Below, piece by piece: positions 49,301 through 61,924 of a stretch of 64,000 bases of DNA (positions are counted from its first letter, which is position 1; every line of letters starts with the position of its first letter). Made by a program: the position numbers and the translations under genes. This DNA comes from Escherichia coli (GTDB taxonomy: Bacteria; Pseudomonadota; Gammaproteobacteria; Enterobacterales; Enterobacteriaceae): NCBI RefSeq assembly GCF_024223415.1, contig NZ_CP100500.1; one strand, written 5' to 3'. The notes beneath the pieces are model-generated. The model ran no database searches and was not told where the DNA came from. It was given only the letters and a program-made list of their open reading frames with translations.

Positions 49301-52300
49301 CTTGTAAAGCCTTTATCGTTTTTTTATGCTCTGGATTAATATAATCACTACATCTATCTGAGCAATCTGTTGTTGATGGACATGTCAACCCATGGTCATT
49401 TACAGCCAAGTCTTTTTTATTATCTTCAATCATTTCAGAATGGGATAGCTTTACTTTTCTGCCGTACATACCGAACAGATTTAACCCGTAATCTCTAATC
49501 TCTTTTTCATAACCCAGCCCTTTCGCCGATCGGCTAACACCAGCGTCATTTAATTTAGACACTCGACAAAATGCCATACAATGGAAAAATTGATCAGTCC
49601 CACCTAAATTTAATCTCTTCATATCTTCATAAGTATCAGATAATATATCCCATGCTCTTTGATGGTTTAGTTGATCTTTTCTTCTTATTAGCGCTACATC
49701 TGCGGGACTTAACCCTAATGGATCAATACCATTCACCGGATTCAGCGGATACGCATACAGACTCCATCCCCCCTCCAGCCCTATCGGGTCCTGAGTGATA
49801 TACCGCCCCTGCAACGGATCGTAGTACCGGTTCCGGTTGTAGTACAGCCCCGACTCCTTATCATACTGCTGCCCCGGCAGCCGGTACGGCTGGTGCAGGT
49901 GATGCGGGTTCTCCTCATTAAGCTGGTTGCCCCATTCATCATATTCCGCGCTCCACGCCGTATTGCCGTCTTCACTGATAAGCGCCAGCGGCAGGCCCCG
50001 GTAGTCACAGTGATAAAGATGTATTTTTCGCTCAGGCAAATAAACCGGCTCTATCTGTGCCGCCAGCCGCTCCACCGTCAGCCCGCACTGCGCAAGCCAC
50101 TGGCGGCTTTCACTGCTCACGCAGTTTGCCCGGATTTCCCCCTCCAGCCTGTCCAGCAGCCCCACCAGTTCAGCCGGGAACACCACACCGTGGCCGTCTT
50201 CGCTCCCTTCCTGCTGCAGCTTCTCCGCCAGGCTGCGGCACTGCGCTTTCTCCCGTTCACCGTTGTCTGTTTCGATGCGGATGAGCGGCGCGAAGCTCCC
50301 CGGCTGGTATACCGTCTGGATACGCGTGGTGTCGGTCTGTACCGTCGTCAGCCGGTCGCCGTCCCATCCGTACCACGTCACCTCCGGTTTACGCGACAGC
50401 GACATCCATCCCGTCAGGTCACGCTCCCGCCGCCATACCCGTTTCGCCATTCGCCGTCCCAGCGGGTCACAGAGGTAGCGGCTCTCGACCAGTGGCTCGC
50501 CATGCTGTATCCGCGTGTGGAACACCAGGCGGTGCTGGCTGTCGTAGTGATAGTGGTGGGTCCGCTCGTCGTCCGTCCGTATCACACCCGCCGGGATGCG
50601 GTCCGTCTTCTCCGTCAGCCTGCCGTATTCATCGTGGCGGTAGACATAGTGCGCATCCTCCGCGATGCGGTTATCCGGCCACACTGTGAGTGTACTGTCC
50701 GGGTGCAGCTCCGGGTCCGGCAGCCGGTTTCCCGCCGGGTCGGTCGCATACGGGATGCGGATGTCCAGGTCCGGTGCGAGGGTGCGCACGCTCTCCAGCC
50801 TGCCCGTGGCGCTGTAGCCGTATTCCCGCGTCTGCCGGGGGGCGCTGATGCGCACCAGGTCGCCGTTGTCACTCCACCCGTAGTCACGGTCATATACCAG
50901 GCTGTTCAGGTGCTGGCTCTGTAACCGGCCTGCGGGGGTGTATGTGTTGGTCAGTTCATATGCGGCATTACTGCCTGCCATGCTGCCGAAGCTGCGCACC
51001 GTCTCCCGGTGCAGGCGGTCGCGCGTGAACTCCAGCAGCGGCGTCCCGCCCAGCTTCATTCCCGCCAGGTAACCGCTGCCATACGTCAGCCACTCCACCG
51101 GCGGCAGGCTGTCCGGCGTGACGCGGTTTGCCAGCCCCTGTTCGTTGTATGCGTGTTTCGTCTCATGCTGCCACAGCAGTTCCCCCGTCTCCGGGTTCTC
51201 CACCGTCTGGCGTTCGCCGGTCAGGCGGCCCTTATCGTCGTAGCCGTAGTGGGCAGCGACACGGTGGCCTTCACTGAGATGGCTGATGTCTGTCAGCCAG
51301 CCGTGGCCGTCATACTGCCACTGCTCTGCCGGTTCACCGTTTACCGTGCGGTGAGTGATACAGTCCGATTCATCGTAGTACCAGAGGGTGACAAGCCCCT
51401 CATCTTCACTCTGCGTGAGTTTTCCTGTCAGGTCATAATGATAACGCAGCGTCCGCCCGTCAAAGCCGCCCTGCTGTACCAGGCGGTCCAGCGCATCGTA
51501 ACTGAAATCACTGTGGCTGCCGTTCTCGTTAGTCAGACTGATGACACGTCCGGCAACATCGTACTCCATACTGCGCGTCAGCCCGCCCTGCGTGGTGCTG
51601 ACCGCCTTTCCCCACGCATCGTACTGTGTCTCGCTCCGGTTGCCGTCCGGGGTGATAACGGCAGTCAGGTCGCCTGCGGCGTTGTACTCATACCGCGTTT
51701 CATGGCCCTGTGCGTCTTTCACCGAGATTAACCGGCCACGGTTGTCATAGCGGCGGTAAAGGCTGATGCCTTCCTCGCGGTGGACCGCCGTCATCTGGCC
51801 GAAGCGGTCGTATTCATAGCGGGTCTGGTAGCCCGAGCAGTCGGTGAACGCCAGCAACTGACCGTAGCGGCTCCAGGTCATCTGCCGGGTGCTGCCCGTC
51901 GCATCTGTTGTCGTGGCCGGTAATTCACTGTGCGGATTATCATAAGCATGCCGGATGACGTCCCCGCTGCGCGATGTCTCCGATACCAGCCTGCCCGGTT
52001 CATCATATGCCCGGCGGCTCTCCAGCCCGTCCGGGGACACCACCGCCGTCAGCTGGTTCCCGTCGTTATAGTAAAATTTCGTCTCCCGCCCGTCCGGTGT
52101 GGTGATGTCCGTGATATCGCCGGACACCACATTCAGACCGTACTCTGTCCGCCGTCCCGCCGCGTCCGTCTGCGCCGTGAGCCTTCCTGCCGCGTCATAC
52201 CCGCTGTGCGTGACGCTGCCGTCCGCCAGTTCTTTTTTCACCACCCGCTTCAGCCCGGCCCCGCCTTCTGTATGCAGCACCTCACGCCGGTTCAGGCTAT

Positions 52301-53521
52301 CCGTGACGGTGATGCGGTCCTGCTCATACTGGTAGCGGTAACTCAGGCCTGCCGGGTTCAGCTGCTCCACCACCCGCCCGGTATCGTCGTAGCGGTAGCG
52401 CATCTCCGGCCTTCCCGCATAACGGTGCCCCACCATCCGGCCCGGGTGCTGCGCGTCATACGTGAAAGCGCGCACCTGCGTATTGCTGCGGTCATATACC
52501 GCCAGCAGTTCACCGGCTTCCGTATACGTGTACCGCACCAGTGGCGCACCGGGCAGGCTCTCCGGGTATGCCGGATCGTGCATCAGCCACACCGCCGAAA
52601 GGCGGATGCCCCTGTCGGGGCCGTATTCGGTACCGGGCAGTGTGTCGGGGAACGCTGAGGCTGAGAGAGGGCGGGAACGGTCAGAAGAAGATAGCGAAGA
52701 GGTGCGGGCCTCTTCCGCACGCTGCGCCTGCGTGGTCAGCACCAGACGGAACTCCCGCCCGGCACCGTCCGTCACGCCGGTGATTCCCCCGGCCAGGTCA
52801 CCGGCGGCCTCACGCCGGTGATTCCCCCGGCCAGGTCACCGGCGGCCTCACGCCGGTACGTCAGCGTCCGCCCGAAGCGGTCCGCCATCCCGGTAAGCAC
52901 CCGGTACGGCGGCAGCGGCGCTGGCAGTACGTCCTCAGCACCCGGCACCCGCTCAGACCACCCCAGTATCCACCACGGCCCCTGTGCGCTGTTGGTCGCC
53001 AGGTAAAGATGCGGGCTTAACCGGATATCCGGCGGCAGCGACGCCCACAGCCGTGCCAGCGTATGGCCGTCCGGCTGTGCTGCCTTACCACCGCGCACCA
53101 GCCACAGGGACTCGCTGCGGCTGTACACCGCCTCACCCGGCAGCAGCGGCTCAAAGTGAATGCTCCGTCCGCCGTTGTCGTTGAGTACCAGTGCATCATC
53201 GCGTAGCTGTAAGCGGATATCAGAAGGCGCTTTCCAGCCGGGGCCAAAAATCCCCACCGGTGCAGGCGTCTTCGTCCGGTAGCTGCTGTAGGTGCGGGAG
53301 AGAATGAACGGCAGCGGGCCGGGCAGCGCAAGGTCCGTCTCGCCGGGCAGCACCTTCGCCCCCAGCAGCGGATTTACCGGGTTGCCCGAAGTCATCCCGC
53401 CCGGACACACCGAGCACGCCACGCCAGTTGGCGCGCCAATTCTTACACCTGCCGAACCCTGGACAATGGGACCGCCATACTGAGTCATATCTCCCTGACG
53501 CGCCGCTGGTTTTCCGCTCAT
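49281..53521 (-). pseudogene. rhsD: RhsD-type polymorphic toxin gene, frameshifted by a 38-bp tandem duplication
   Basis: N-terminal MSGKPAARQGDMTQYGGPIVQG, YD-repeat core and DPLGL demarcation (49710-49724). The reading frame is broken between ORFs 52772-53521 and 49281-52775. Confidence 0.85.
52773..52848. repeat. perfect tandem duplication, 2 x 38 bp (CACGCCGGTGATTCCCCCGGCCAGGTCACCGGCGGCCT), followed by a third 9-bp CACGCCGGT
   Basis: Copies at 52773-52810 and 52811-52848 are identical. Because 38 is not a multiple of 3, the duplication causes a frameshift. Confidence 0.95.
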
Positions 53522-53949
53522 ATAAAGTGCCCTTTTAGTTATTGTTCATATCCCTGTGTTAGTAACAAAAAAATAAAATGACACACAAGACCAGCTAATG
53601 TATTTATATATTTTTCACATAAACTTATTTGTTCTCAATCAACAACAACTGTTATTACAGGTCACTTTCAATATTTTATTAAACTAAAATTTTTAGCACA
53701 GATGAATTCATCATCAACAAATTCACTATATGGATAATATCCATTCAACGCATATGATTTATGATTTTATTAGTCTGAGTTATTTTTGTAGGGCTATATT
53801 TAAAATTATTAAACTCCACCGATTCAGATTAATATCAGCAATAGAAAGATAGGAAATCACCAATTCAATAACATCATCAATGAAACATATTGTAGAATTA
53901 ATTTAAACAAGGCGTTCCATTCAACCAGAACGCCCCTTATTTACTCTCA

Positions 53950-56364
53950 TCACCCCGCAAACTGCCTGAACAGCGCCTTACCCTTAACCAGTCGCGCACC
54001 CAGCCAGCCGCCGAAAAGCGACAGCAGCAGCGCACCGCTGCACGGCAGAACAATCCACAATCGCCAGTCTGGCTCCCACGGAAAATCAAACACTTTCGCC
54101 TGCAACACTGCCAGCGCCGTTTCCGCACCAATTGCGGCCACCAGGCCGGAAACAAACCCAAGCATGGCGAACTCACACCACAACGTGGTACGCAGCAGTT
54201 TTTTCCCCGCACCGAGTGTGCGCCACACCACCAGCTCCTGATGACGCTGACGCATTCCCACCTGCACCTGTGCCAGCAACAGCAACATACCGCAGGCGGT
54301 GACCAGCACTACCATCACTTCCAGCGCCCGACTTACCTGCTCCAGCACCTGGCCGACCTGTTTTAAAATCGCGCCAATGTCTAACAGGCTAATGGTCGGG
54401 AACTGGCGGTTGAGTTGCGTCAACATGCCGTTGCCATTCTCCCAGCGGAAACTGGTAAGCCAGCTCTGCGGTTGCCCGTCTAATGCCCCTTCAGGGAAAA
54501 TAAAATAGAAATTAGGCCGCAGACTTTCCCAGTCCACTTTGCGCAGGCTGGTCACTTTAGCACGGAACTCCTGGGTATCGCCCATAAAAGTCACGGTATC
54601 ACCGAGGGCAACGTTTAAGCGTTTCGCCAGCCCCTCTTCCATCGACACTTCATCGGCTTTTGGCGGCCAGTTACCGGCGACAATCGGATTATGATCGGGC
54701 CGCGTATTTTGCCAGGTAAGATTGAGTTCGCGATTGAGCGCCTCATCTTCATTGCCTTCTGTCGGCTTGCCGTTAATCGCCGTCAGTCTCGCCCGCACCA
54801 CCGGATAAAACGATTCCGGGACTATCTGATGTTCCGCGAGGAACGCTTTTAGCGGTGCTACCTGTTCTGTGGCGATGTTGATTAAAAAGTAGTTCGGGCT
54901 TTCTGGAGGTAGCTGCTGCTGCCAGCGGTCGAGCAGATCGCCACGCAACACCAGCAGCAGTGCCAGCAGCATAAAGGAGAGCGAAAATGCCGAAAGCTGG
55001 CTTAACGTTGACCACGGCTGACGTAACAGGCGGCTAACCGCCAGGCGCAGAGGCAGCGATTTCAGCGTCATGCGGCGAAGTACATTCAGCAGCATCCAGC
55101 CCAGCACACCGCACAGCAAAGCCAGTACTACCGCGCCCGCCAGCACCGCCCAAAGCAGCATGCTGCCACCCATTAATCCGACGAGCAGCAGCACAACCAC
55201 CACACTGACAATCGGCAGATAAAACTTCAGCGGCCAGACGTTCGCAACCACATCATTACGTAATACGCGTAAAGGCTGCGTTGCCAGCAACAAGCGGTAT
55301 GGTCGTAGCCCCACCAGCAGCGAGATGACTGTCATGGTGCCAAGCGCCCACAGCCACGGCCAGAGGCTGGCAGGCGGTAGTGCAGCAGGCAGAACGGGCT
55401 TGAGCAGCACCATCAACACGTTTTCGAACAACAGGCCTATCGCCCCACCGGTAACGGCTGAAAGCGCCAGCACCATCAACCACTGACCGACGATTAGCTT
55501 ACGCAGTTGCGCACGCCCTGCCCCCAGCGTTTTGAGGATCGCCACCAGATCGTAGCGACTGCGACAGTAATGATTCATCGCTACCGCCACTGCTGCCACT
55601 GCCAGCAGCAAGGTCAGAAGCGCCGAAAGCAGCAGGAACTGTTGCGAGCGTTCCATCGATCGCCCCAGCGCGCCTTCGTCCTGTTCCAGACCGTACCAGC
55701 GTTGTTCGGGTTTAAGCTGAGGTAACAACCATTTCTCATAGCCGTCGAGTTGGTTCTCGTTGCCGCCGAATTTATAGCGCCAGTTGACCCGACTCCCCGG
55801 CTGCACGGCTCCGGTTTTATCGACATCCGCCAGATTCATCATCAGACGCGGAGCCATCTGGAAGGGGTTAAAACCGGAATCCGGTTCCTGAATCACTTCT
55901 CCGGCAATCCGCAAAGTGGCATCGCCCACGTCAATGGTGTCGCCCGTTTTCAGGTTAAGCAGTGCCATCAGGCGTGGGGCCAGCAATACGCTGCCCGCCT
56001 GCGGTTTCAGGCCAGGGGGATTGGTTTGCAGATCGCCATACATCGGGTAGATATCATCCACCGCTTTGACGTTCGCCAGCTGCGGTGTGTCGCCTGCAAA
56101 TGTCATGGTGGCGAAAGTCAGCTGCTTGCCGACTTTCAGGCCGCGCTTTTGCGCTTCCTCCAGCCATGCTTGCGGCACTTCGCGCGAACTGCGCAACGCC
56201 CGATCGCCCGCCATAAACTCCCGGCTTTGTTGGCTTAAGCCCTTCTCCATGCGATCGCTGATATTGCCCAGCGCCAGCACGCAGGCCACCGCCAGGCTTA
56301 GCGCCAGCCAGACAATTAATAGCGACGGCGAACGCCATTCGCGCCAGAACCAACGTGCAATCAT
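53950..56364 (-). CDS. ybbP: FtsX-like ABC transporter permease
   Basis: 804 aa, multi-TM. Its ATGA start overlaps the ybbA stop. Confidence 0.93.
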   Translation of the reverse strand: MIARWFWREWRSPSLLIVWLALSLAVACVLALGNISDRMEKGLSQQSREFMAGDRALRSSREVPQAWLEEAQKRGLKVGKQLTFATMTFAGDTPQLANVKAVDDIYPMYGDLQTNPPGLKPQAGSVLLAPRLMALLNLKTGDTIDVGDATLRIAGEVIQEPDSGFNPFQMAPRLMMNLADVDKTGAVQPGSRVNWRYKFGGNENQLDGYEKWLLPQLKPEQRWYGLEQDEGALGRSMERSQQFLLLSALLTLLLAVAAVAVAMNHYCRSRYDLVAILKTLGAGRAQLRKLIVGQWLMVLALSAVTGGAIGLLFENVLMVLLKPVLPAALPPASLWPWLWALGTMTVISLLVGLRPYRLLLATQPLRVLRNDVVANVWPLKFYLPIVSVVVVLLLVGLMGGSMLLWAVLAGAVVLALLCGVLGWMLLNVLRRMTLKSLPLRLAVSRLLRQPWSTLSQLSAFSLSFMLLALLLVLRGDLLDRWQQQLPPESPNYFLINIATEQVAPLKAFLAEHQIVPESFYPVVRARLTAINGKPTEGNEDEALNRELNLTWQNTRPDHNPIVAGNWPPKADEVSMEEGLAKRLNVALGDTVTFMGDTQEFRAKVTSLRKVDWESLRPNFYFIFPEGALDGQPQSWLTSFRWENGNGMLTQLNRQFPTISLLDIGAILKQVGQVLEQVSRALEVMVVLVTACGMLLLLAQVQVGMRQRHQELVVWRTLGAGKKLLRTTLWCEFAMLGFVSGLVAAIGAETALAVLQAKVFDFPWEPDWRLWIVLPCSGALLLSLFGGWLGARLVKGKALFRQFAG

Positions 56365-57047
56365 GCTTCCTCCTGCAACTGCCCGTTCACCAGCCGTAAG
56401 CAGCGGTCGCAGCGTGCCGCCAGTTGCAGGTCGTGGGTCACCATAATCAACGTGGTGCCATGTTCACGGTTGAGGGAAAACAGCAGGTCGGCAATTTTAT
56501 CGCCGGTCTGGCGGTCAAGGTTGCCGGTGGGTTCGTCGGCAAACAGCACATCAGGTCGACCGTTAAAGGCTCGTGCCAGCGCCACTCGTTGCTGTTCACC
56601 GCCGGAAAGCTGTGCCGGAAGATGATCCAGACGTTTACCCAGCCCTAACTGTTCGAGCAACGCTTTCGCTCCGTTACGACTTTCCGCGCTACTCTCACCG
56701 CGCAGCAGCGCCGGAAGCTCGACGTTTTCCAGCGCGTTAAGGGTAGGAATTAACATAAATGACTGAAAAACAAAGCCGACGTGCTTCGCGCGCAACTTTG
56801 CCCGCGCTTCTTCGTCCATATTATGTAGCGGTTGTCCCACCAAACTCACTTCGCCACTGCTGCCGTCATCCAGCCCGGCGAGGATCGCCAGCAAGGTTGA
56901 CTTACCCGATCCCGACTCGCCCACCAGCGCGATGGTCTCGCCGCGTTTGACAACCAACTCAACTCCGGTGAGGATGGAGAGTTCATGCTCCCCCTGACCG
57001 ACGGACTTCTTAAGATGATGAACTTCAACAATGTTTTCCGCTGGCAT
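56361..57047 (-). CDS. ybbA: ABC transporter ATP-binding protein
   Basis: 228 aa with Walker A GESGSGKST and signature LSGGEQQR. Confidence 0.95.
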   Translation of the reverse strand: MPAENIVEVHHLKKSVGQGEHELSILTGVELVVKRGETIALVGESGSGKSTLLAILAGLDDGSSGEVSLVGQPLHNMDEEARAKLRAKHVGFVFQSFMLIPTLNALENVELPALLRGESSAESRNGAKALLEQLGLGKRLDHLPAQLSGGEQQRVALARAFNGRPDVLFADEPTGNLDRQTGDKIADLLFSLNREHGTTLIMVTHDLQLAARCDRCLRLVNGQLQEEA

Positions 57048-57641
57048 TTGCCCTTCCTGTTCCTGGTCCTGTTAACCTTCCGTGCCGCCGCAGCGGACAC
57101 GTTATTGATTCTGGGTGATAGCCTGAGCGCCGGGTATCGAATGTCTGCCAGCGCGGCCTGGCCTGCCTTGTTGAATGATAAGTGGCAGAGTAAAACGTCG
57201 GTAGTTAATGCCAGCATCAGCGGCGACACCTCGCAACAAGGGCTGGCGCGCCTTCCGGCTCTGCTGAAACAGCATCAGCCGCGCTGGGTGCTGGTTGAAC
57301 TGGGCGGCAATGACGGTTTGCGTGGTTTTCAGCCACAGCAAACCGAGCAAACGCTGCGCCAGATTTTGCAGGATGTCAAAGCCGCCAACGCTGAACCATT
57401 GTTAATGCAAATACGTCTGCCTGCAAACTATGGCCGCCGTTATAATGAAGCCTTTAGCGCCATTTACCCCAAACTCGCCAAAGAGTTTGATGTTCCGCTG
57501 CTGCCCTTTTTTATGGAAGAGGTCTACCTCAAGCCACAATGGATGCAGGATGACGGTATTCATCCCAACCGCGACGCCCAGCCGTTTATTGCCGACTGGA
57601 TGGCGAAGCAGTTGCAGCCTTTAGTAAATCATGACTCATAA
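57015..57641 (+). CDS. tesA: periplasmic thioesterase I/protease I/lysophospholipase L1
   Basis: 208 aa from MMNFNNVFRW, with the SGNH motif GDSLSAGY. Confidence 0.95.
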   Translation: MMNFNNVFRWHLPFLFLVLLTFRAAAADTLLILGDSLSAGYRMSASAAWPALLNDKWQSKTSVVNASISGDTSQQGLARLPALLKQHQPRWVLVELGGNDGLRGFQPQQTEQTLRQILQDVKAANAEPLLMQIRLPANYGRRYNEAFSAIYPKLAKEFDVPLLPFFMEEVYLKPQWMQDDGIHPNRDAQPFIADWMAKQLQPLVNHDS

Positions 57642-58440
57642 AGCAACGGAGATCCTGACAGGTAAAGTTATGCAAAAATCGGTCTTAATTACCGGATGTT
57701 CCAGTGGAATTGGCCTGGAAAGCGCGCTCGAATTAAAACGCCAGGGTTTTCATGTGCTGGCAGGTTGCCGGAAACCGGATGATGTTGAGCGCATGAACAG
57801 CATGGGATTTACCGGCGTGTTGATCGATCTGGATTCACCAGAAAGTGTTGATCGCGCAGCCGACGAGGTGATCGCCCTGACCGATAATTGTCTGTATGGG
57901 ATCTTTAACAATGCCGGATTCGGCATGTATGGCCCCCTTTCCACCATCAGCCGTGCGCAGATGGAACAGCAGTTTTCCGCCAACTTTTTCGGCGCACACC
58001 AGCTCACCATGCGCCTGTTACCCGCGATGTTACCGCACGGTGAAGGGCGTATTGTGATGACATCATCGGTGATGGGATTAATCTCCACGCCGGGTCGTGG
58101 CGCTTACGCGGCCAGTAAATATGCGCTGGAGGCGTGGTCAGACGCGCTGCGCATGGAGCTACGCCACAGCGGAATTAAAGTCAGCCTGATCGAACCCGGT
58201 CCCATTCGTACTCGCTTCACCGACAACGTCAACCAGACGCAAAGTGATAAACCAGTCGAAAATCCCGGCATCGCCGCCCGCTTTACGTTGGGACCGGAAG
58301 CGGTGGTGGACAAAGTACGCCATGCTTTTATTAGCGAGAAGCCGAAGATGCGCTATCCGGTAACGCTGGTGACCTGGGCAGTAATGGTGCTTAAGCGCCT
58401 GCTGCCGGGGCGCGTGATGGACAAAATATTGCAGGGGTGA
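57631..58440 (+). CDS. ybbO: short-chain dehydrogenase/NADP-dependent aldehyde reductase
   Basis: 269 aa with the SDR motif TGCSSGIG. Confidence 0.9.
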   Translation: MTHKATEILTGKVMQKSVLITGCSSGIGLESALELKRQGFHVLAGCRKPDDVERMNSMGFTGVLIDLDSPESVDRAADEVIALTDNCLYGIFNNAGFGMYGPLSTISRAQMEQQFSANFFGAHQLTMRLLPAMLPHGEGRIVMTSSVMGLISTPGRGAYAASKYALEAWSDALRMELRHSGIKVSLIEPGPIRTRFTDNVNQTQSDKPVENPGIAARFTLGPEAVVDKVRHAFISEKPKMRYPVTLVTWAVMVLKRLLPGRVMDKILQG

Positions 58441-58458
58441 GTTGAAGCGCGCGCTTAA

Positions 58459-59355
<897 letters not shown>

Positions 59356-59417
59356 TATTCCGTTGATCGGCACATGAACCACAACGCCGGATGCGATGCT
59401 GCGCATCCGGCATCGCA

Positions 59418-60197
59418 TCATTTCTTCTTCAATTGCGTCACCACCAACTGGTGGCGCGAATTATAAAACTTACGATAGGTTAAATAGCAGGCAATAATGG
59501 TCGACAAGCTGGCGGTTGAGAGCAGCATAAAAGTCACCATAATCTGATATTTAATCGCCTTCACCGGATCAATCCCGGCAAATATCAGCCCGGACATCAT
59601 TCCTGGTAAACTCACTAAGCCAACCGTTTTTGCTGAATCGACCGTCGGAATTAAAGCCGCGCGAATACTGTCGCGAATCAATATCGCTGAAGCCTGCTTC
59701 GGCGTCGCGCCAAGACTCAGTTTCTCCTGAATCTGTTGCTGTTCGCTAATGACCCGTTGCCCTAAATTGTTGTAACACAACCCCACCGCTACCATGGCGT
59801 TACCGGCAATCATCCCGGCGATAGGGATCACCTGCATCGGGATAAATTCAATCGACCCTGAGAGAATCAGCACCGCCAGGGTAATTCCCGCCCCGACCGT
59901 AATGGCAATAAACGATGAGATAAAAGCTTTAGCAATATATTTACTGCGTTTTTGCGCGTTCCACGCCGCATTAAAGCAGATAAATAACACCATCAATAAT
60001 GTCAGGCTGGCATCATCCACGCTGAAAATATACTTCAGCACATAGCCGACAATAATCAGCTGAATTATCGCTCGCCCGACGCTCCAGAGAATATCTTTCT
60101 CCAGCGCCAGTTTTTCTTTATGGCTAATTAAGATTGCCACCACCACCAGCATTAATGCCAGTGCTAATGATTCGTTAGTAATATTATGCGAGTTCAT
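59418..60197 (-). CDS. fetB: iron-export ABC permease
   Basis: 259 aa from MNSHNITNESLALALML. Confidence 0.92.
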   Translation of the reverse strand: MNSHNITNESLALALMLVVVAILISHKEKLALEKDILWSVGRAIIQLIIVGYVLKYIFSVDDASLTLLMVLFICFNAAWNAQKRSKYIAKAFISSFIAITVGAGITLAVLILSGSIEFIPMQVIPIAGMIAGNAMVAVGLCYNNLGQRVISEQQQIQEKLSLGATPKQASAILIRDSIRAALIPTVDSAKTVGLVSLPGMMSGLIFAGIDPVKAIKYQIMVTFMLLSTASLSTIIACYLTYRKFYNSRHQLVVTQLKKK

Positions 60198-60861
60198 AGC
60201 GTGCTTCCTGCATTTCTCCGGCATGCGGTTGCAGTGTAATCACTTTATCCGCATGATTAATTTCGTCTTTATCGTGTGTCACCCACAGCACGGCAATATT
60301 TTGCTCGCGCACATAACGATGGATCATCTCATTAACGTTATGTTTATTACTTTCATCCAGCGCACTGGTGATTTCATCCAGCAATAAAACCTTCGGCATA
60401 AATTGCAGGTTACGAATCAGTGAGATGCGTTGTTTTTCACCACCAGATAGCTCGGCGATATTTTTCGTCAAAATGCTGTCCGGCAAGGCGAAGCGTTCGA
60501 GAAAATCGAGAAAAATGGCTGGGTCAGGCTGCCGGTTACGGATCTGCCAGGGAAAGATCAGATTATCGTATACCGTATCGCCAAACAGCGTCGGTGTCTG
60601 GGCGCAGTAAGAGACTTGTTGGCGGTAGATTTCTGGCTTTAGTGTGCTGACATCCTCACCTTCAAACAGTAACGTTCCGCTGGTTGGGCTGATCAATGAA
60701 GCAACTATTTTTAGCAACGTACTTTTGCCACAACCAGAAGGACCGGTAATTAACTTAAATTCGCCAGCACGCAGCGAAAAATTGATGTTATTAAGAATCT
60801 TCGCATCACCCGCCAGATATCCTACGTTTTGTAGCTGAAGCAAAGGACTATTTTCCTGCAT
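60184..60861 (-). CDS. fetA: iron-export ABC ATPase
   Basis: 225 aa with Walker A GPSGCGKST. Confidence 0.93.
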   Translation of the reverse strand: MQENSPLLQLQNVGYLAGDAKILNNINFSLRAGEFKLITGPSGCGKSTLLKIVASLISPTSGTLLFEGEDVSTLKPEIYRQQVSYCAQTPTLFGDTVYDNLIFPWQIRNRQPDPAIFLDFLERFALPDSILTKNIAELSGGEKQRISLIRNLQFMPKVLLLDEITSALDESNKHNVNEMIHRYVREQNIAVLWVTHDKDEINHADKVITLQPHAGEMQEARYELA

Positions 60862-61006
60862 CGCTGTTCCCTTTTTCTGATTTTTACTAAAAACAGTTTA
60901 TCCTTCGCAGGAATAAGGGGGAACTCTCTTTCAGTAATCAGGTATAATTTGTTTAATCAAGCAGCAATTTTGCTGATTATGGACGGTACAACAGGAGGTT
61001 TTTCCG

Positions 61007-61924
61007 ATGCTTATCTTTATCCCGATTCTCATTTTTGTCGCGCTGGTCATTGTCGGCGCGGGCGTCAAAATCGTGCCGCAGGGCTATCAATGGACGGTAG
61101 AACGTTTTGGTCGCTATACCAAAACGTTACAGCCGGGGCTCAGTCTGGTGGTGCCGTTTATGGATCGCATTGGTCGCAAGATCAATATGATGGAGCAAGT
61201 GCTCGATATCCCTTCCCAGGAAGTTATCTCGAAAGATAACGCCAACGTTACCATCGACGCCGTGTGCTTTATTCAGGTGATTGATGCGCCGCGCGCGGCT
61301 TATGAAGTCAGCAATCTGGAGCTGGCGATCATCAACCTGACCATGACTAACATCCGTACCGTGCTGGGTTCAATGGAACTTGACGAAATGCTCTCTCAGC
61401 GCGACAGCATCAACTCACGCCTGCTGCGTATTGTCGATGAAGCCACTAACCCGTGGGGGATTAAAGTCACCCGTATTGAAATTCGCGACGTGCGCCCACC
61501 GGCAGAGCTTATCTCTTCAATGAACGCGCAGATGAAAGCGGAACGTACCAAACGTGCTTACATTCTTGAAGCGGAAGGGATCCGTCAGGCGGAAATCCTC
61601 AAAGCCGAAGGTGAAAAACAGTCGCAAATCCTGAAAGCGGAAGGCGAACGTCAGTCGGCGTTTTTACAGGCTGAAGCGCGTGAACGTTCCGCTGAAGCAG
61701 AAGCCCGCGCCACCAAAATGGTGTCTGAAGCCATCGCCTCCGGTGATATTCAGGCGGTGAACTACTTCGTAGCGCAGAAATACACCGAAGCGTTACAGCA
61801 GATCGGTTCGTCCAGTAACAGCAAAGTGGTGATGATGCCATTAGAGGCCAGCAGCCTGATGGGGTCGATTGCCGGGATTGCCGAGCTGGTGAAAGACAGC
61901 GCCAACAAGCGGACTCAGCCATGA
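61007..61924 (+). CDS. qmcA: SPFH/band-7 (stomatin-like) membrane protein
   Basis: 305 aa, [29 protein letters not shown]. Confidence 0.95.
   Translation: MLIFIPILIFVALVIVGAGVKIVPQGYQWTVERFGRYTKTLQPGLSLVVPFMDRIGRKINMMEQVLDIPSQEVISKDNANVTIDAVCFIQVIDAPRAAYEVSNLELAIINLTMTNIRTVLGSMELDEMLSQRDSINSRLLRIVDEATNPWGIKVTRIEIRDVRPPAELISSMNAQMKAERTKRAYILEAEGIRQAEILKAEGEKQSQILKAEGERQSAFLQAEARERSAEAEARATKMVSEAIASGDIQAVNYFVAQKYTEALQQIGSSSNSKVVMMPLEASSLMGSIAGIAELVKDSANKRTQP

Noticed and set aside
49893-52821. Many long plus-strand ORFs (up to 343 aa) opposite the rhs gene
   Set aside because: These are typical antisense shadow ORFs of GC-rich YD-repeat DNA. Their composition is Arg/Pro/Ala-rich, they have no start context, and the minus-strand Rhs homology is unambiguous.
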